DNA of 64,000 nucleotides from Hamiltosporidium tvaerminnensis FI-OER-3-3 (Eukaryota; Fungi; Microsporidia): NCBI GenBank assembly GCA_022605425.2, contig CM061250.1, positions 806,001 to 870,000 of the forward strand, read 5' to 3'. Shown piece by piece: positions 59,243 to 64,000 of this stretch (position 1 is its first letter; each line of letters starts with the position of its first letter). The notes under the pieces were generated by a model. It saw only the letters and a program-made list of their open reading frames with translations, ran no database searches and was not told where the DNA came from. The position numbers and the translations under genes were made by a program.

Positions 59243-62200
59243 ATGTTTTTAATTTGAATCTTTATAATTTATTTTACAAATAGTTGAGGTTATAAAAGAA
59301 TCAATGTATCATTTATTATTTTTTAAGTAAATCTACTATCTAAAGTATTATCTATTAAAACAATTCAAGGTTATAATTAGTAAAGGTTTATTTAGTTCAA
59401 TATACGTATCTTTATTTTTAAATTAGATGTAAATTATTCTATTCTGGATTTAATAAATAATGTTGTTGTTGTTTTATCTACAAACTATTCTAATAAAATA
59501 TTGTTTTATCACTCTCTCGGATATGCGATATTTATTGGTCAAAAACACAAATAAATTACGATATTAGAAATTATAAAACAAATACATCTATATGATGATA
59601 AACATAATATACATGACAGCAAAAACAAAAAATTTTATACTTAGTATCAAAAACTTTTGGCTATTCTTAGATATATTTTTTTATTACAGCTTTAACAATC
59701 GGATTTTATATAGAAATTATTATTTTGAAACTTTCAAATATGCTTTTTTTATATCTCAAGTACTTTATATATTCTTTTAACCATTTTAATATATTCATTT
59801 GCAAGTTATTCATCCTATTTGATCGAAGCAGAATTTATTTGTTCATAAGATAAATGCGTTATTTATTTTTTTATCATCTTCCTGTTTCCGCGTTTTAAAG
59901 TTTTTTTAAAAAATTTTTATTAGGTAAATTTCAATAACTCTTATATTTGACAAAAAAATTGAATTCAAAAAAGTTCAACATAATTTGATTTTTAAAATTA
60001 TCACTTCAATATAATTCTCCAATGTATCAATCAAGTAATTAAAAACCTTATATAATATGCACACAACTGGAAAGATATTTTATGAGCATTTTTTTAGCGC
60101 TAGATAATTTATCAACTAATTTAAACATATAGTAAATAAAAATAGAAACTATGCATTAATATTTACATTAATTATTTCATTAATATTATATTTTGTCTTT
60201 TTTAATCATCTTGCCTATTATTTTGAAAAAAAATTTCGATATCTTCTTCTGATTGTGAAAACTAAACTTTTGAATAAGAAAATTAGAAAAACCGAGTGTT
60301 TAAGAGGATCGTATTCTTTATAACTTTATATAATTAATTCTATGATAGATATTTGTTTTTAAAATATATTTCTTTCCTGTATACCGAGCATTTCAAATTT
60401 TAAAAGATCAATCATGTAATTCAAATCATTACTTACTCATATTGCGAGAAATCTTTATCCTTTTTATTAACATTTAGTATCCGCTTAGATTTCTTTAGAT
60501 CATAAAGTCTTACGAGCCATTGAATAAAATAAAAAGTGGCACTATTCTTTAAGAATGTATAATATTATGTATAGATTGTTTAACTTTCAAATATTTTGAT
60601 CATATCCTTTACCATGCGCTCATAAATATTTGATTGAATTTAGTGATCGAAAATATTCCATTTTTAATTTATACTATTGATTAGAATAGGAATTTATAAT
60701 TTTTTAATTTTGTGCAATCATTATCTTGTTAAAATGGGACTTAAAAGAACGATTCTATATTTTAAGTTGTAAACCCAGGCTTTCAAAAGAATCATCTAAA
60801 AAAACTTTGTATTGCTTTATTAATAAAATTCGATTTCTCACACTCGCATAAGACATAGAGCATAACATTCATAGACTATTCTTCCGAAAATATAATGTAA
60901 GTGCGCAATTTTAATAGTATAAGCATGTCCAAGTTTCCATCACAACAAAAACTTGGCATCAAATACAATAAAATCAATATAATATTCATCCTAAAAGAGA
61001 AAATGTAGATTTTCTGCAATAGAATTGAAAAACTACTAAATTTCAAAATTCTATCTTAAATGACATGTTTTATAAACCCGATCCCGTAAGCGAAATAGAT
61101 AACCATCTTTTAAAGAGAAATATTTGCATTTTGTTCACATACATTTTAGATCCTGCATAGTTAAAAAACTCAAGGAGAATTTTAGATTTATAAATCGGTG
61201 TTCTTAGATATGATTATTCTTGATTATATTTATTCTGCGCTTATTAAGAATAAAGCCAGCCAAAGATCTTTTTGCATGATTTTATCTTCATGAAACTTTT
61301 TATCAAGAGACTCTAAAATATATAAATTCGAATCTTTCTGGGATTTTTCTGACAAAAGGTTGTGATTGTTCAGTCTTAAAATTCAAGCGAATAAACTAAT
61401 TTTTTTAGCTTGAGTCAACCATAAATGTAAATATATATAGATTTCTATATTCGTAATGTTTTGTCAAAACCATACATTTAAAACTATGCAGAAGAATTGC
61501 AAAATTTTTACAAATAAATAAATTTATATCAATAGGTATTTATCTTGGAATAGATAAAAATCGAATAAATATAAAAAGATAATCAATTTGAATGTAAGAA
61601 CCTGATTTTATTTTTACAGTTGTAACTTATTTAAAAAATCAAAAAGTTCTGATTCCCACACTAAATTTCCAAAGTCCAATCTCGTGATCTCCAAAATGCG
61701 ATTTTTTTTCTTTGGTTTCGATTAAGTCTCAATTGATAAATGCCCAAATAAATGGGAAAGCTTTAATTTCCCAGTAGATTGTGTTTTCATTTGTCAGAAA
61801 AAATAGGATAAGATTTTTTTGAAAAATTGAATATAAAACATAACGCTTTTGTTTACCAATTTGTAACACCTTGTTGAATATAAGCATGATTTATAAATAA
61901 AAAGATATAATTCAACTATATTTTCTAAGAAATTGAATATTTACTGAACTGATCGATCTACACACAATTTGTTTTTATTTATGAAAATTAATTGAAGAAA
62001 ATATTACAACTAAATGTAGCATATGTATTGTATATAGGATTGTAAACACACTTAGGACTGATTATTTTATTTCTAATGAATGTGACTTATTTATTCTAAA
62101 TCAATTTAAAATCTACGTGAAAGAAAACAACAATATTTAAATTTTTCTAAAATACTTACTTTTGCTTAAGTTTTAGTAAATAAAGTGAATTTTCTTAATT

Positions 62201-62419
62201 TTTACATTAGGTTGTATAATGACTCGATAATATCACAACATGGTATTTGACAAGTATAATAATAATAAAATCGAAACATTCGACCCTTAATTTATGCCTA
62301 TTCTATTGATTTTTATTAAGCTGAGAAAAAACCTATCCAAGATATTCTCTATTCTATAAAAAAATACCTGAATATTAAGAATGTACAATATTTCACAATT
62401 CAAATAATATATTTTATAC

Positions 62420-63152
62420 CTAGATCATGTTTAAAAAAATTGAATGTAGTTTGTCTTCTGATGAAATTAAAACGGTTCTGTGCTGACATTCATAACTGCT
62501 CACCTTTTACCTCGTCTTGATTCCCCATAATACGTACATTCCACCGCTTTCATTTTAAAAATTTATATAACGCAAAAAATAACGAGCAGTCGCTCTCATT
62601 TCGTTAATTTTTGTTGCCATATGTGTGTAAACATACCAAAACTTCTTAGTATTTCTCAAGACTAGTGGAATTACAGTTACTCCAAATTCTCGAGTTTTAT
62701 ATAAATCTGGCTAAGATAAATATCAGGAACTCACATGAGATACACTCAATTATTTAGATAAAGTATCAACAAAAAAAGCCCATAATTTCGTTTTCTTAGC
62801 TTTTTATAGGTTATTTTTTTACATTTTCGTGGTCCTGTTTCTAAGAGGAATGAGCAAGGCCAAGTTCTTATCCCTTTGCATGGTAATTTCTCACAAAACC
62901 AGTCTTGGTTTCATATCAAGCTACATAGAATAAATAAAAGCCGAGCTTTTACGAACATCTGCAGTATTTTGCAAAACTCATTCAATTTATACAAAATCTA
63001 TGGAACAGCTTATAGTGTAATGTGTAAATTATTTAATTAAAAGTTTAAAACATGTTTTTCTTAATGATTTTTACGGATTTAGACAATAATTTCCAAAAGG
63101 ATTTCATCTAAGCATTACCAAGTAGATAGTTTAAGCTGGTTATACCCCCCCA
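62420..63152 (-). mobile_element. Ancient, decayed copy of the ~730-bp SINE-like family
   Basis: Ordered matches cataactgct, gctaagata, tgagcaaggc, catggtaatt, tctatggaacag, cattaccaagtaga, ggttatacccccc. Confidence 0.65.
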
Positions 63153-63743
63153 ATCTTATCCAATCAAAAAAATACGTATAATTGAAATATTAACTTCAAT
63201 ATTGAATTATATAGGAAGCAAAGGAACAAATGATTATTATTCATGTAAAATGCAATGAGAAAAATGATAAAAAGTTAAATCTAGGAAGAACGACTAATTG
63301 TTAAAATTTTGTTTATTCGAGAAATCATAAAAACATTTGAAAATATATAATTTTTTAGATTTAAGCACGTATTTGCAAGAGTTTTGTGGTTATTAGACCA
63401 TACTAAATGATAAAATTTGATCAATCTATAATTTAAGAACTTTATTCATGAATTCCGATTCTCCTAAACAAATAAAAATTCAAGTCTAATGAACAAAACA
63501 AAGATACCCAGATTCAGTATTTCAAAAAAAAGAATCAAAATAAAAGAAAATACCAGGATAAAATGACTTTCCAAATTCAGAATGAAGACTAATTCGTTCT
63601 GTTTAAGGTAAGAAATTAAATAAATAATTTTTATTGAGATTCGGCTAATCTCATGAAGCCGCCTCAAATTATTTAAACTTAAAAAGCCAAGAAATTTTGA
63701 TAAACTATTTCATGTTTTGAAGTTTATTTATATATAGCATATA

Positions 63744-64000
63744 GCAAGAAAAAATGAGCTTGTGAGTGTTAGTGACTCTTCAAGCTGGTTAAAGAGAGGG
63801 AATATTAGACCACGCAATGAAGCTGTGTTCTGCTATATCCAGGATAGAAATGTATTCTGGGAAGCAGATGGTATGTGTCAACATTGCGGAAAGTCTGGTA
63901 AGACTGTAGATCATCTAGCAACTCGATGTGAAAAAATGCTAGGCCAGGACTACACCAGACGGCATAATGAAGTGGTTAGATGCCTACACTCACTTCTCCT
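63744..64000 (+). mobile_element. 5'-truncated R4/Dong-like LINE copy running off the window
   Basis: NELVSVSDSSSWLKRGNIRPRNEAVFCYIQDRNVFW..CQHCGKSGKTVDHLATRCEKMLG.DYTRRHNEV, matching 49880-50130. Confidence 0.93.

Noticed and set aside
60000-61900. Additional minus-strand LRR-family pseudogene
   Set aside because: Composition is coding-like, but no frame can be followed far enough by eye to support a call.

Overview
Very AT-rich, gene-sparse eukaryotic DNA that reads as a large-genome microsporidian. Hamiltosporidium-like is my inference from compact intronless housekeeping genes, CCC/GGG motifs just upstream of ATGs, and EGVN/QHP(L/V)NN low-complexity inserts. Housekeeping genes: 3' part of ubiquitin E1 (UBA1, with one frameshift and one in-frame TGA), Bdp1, a probable Nse1, a DPB4/NF-YB-type histone-fold protein, a divergent glutathione peroxidase and Sec24. 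Accessory genes: four members (two intact, two pseudogenes) of a ~770-870 aa signal-peptide + LRR-like family whose N-terminal domain looks BTB/POZ-like, a candidate host Cullin-3-hijacking effector architecture, plus smaller secreted orphans. Much of the rest is mobile DNA: a near-full-length decayed R4/Dong-like REL-endonuclease LINE with three fragments; about 11 copies of an unnamed ~730-bp SINE-like element (14-18 bp TSDs, UUCG hairpin, small ORF with a synonymous excess); three copies of a ~230-bp RTE-derived mini-SINE; a non-autonomous Helitron; and a decayed TGT..ACA integrase-type (Ginger-like) transposon. All calls are by eye; no searches were run.
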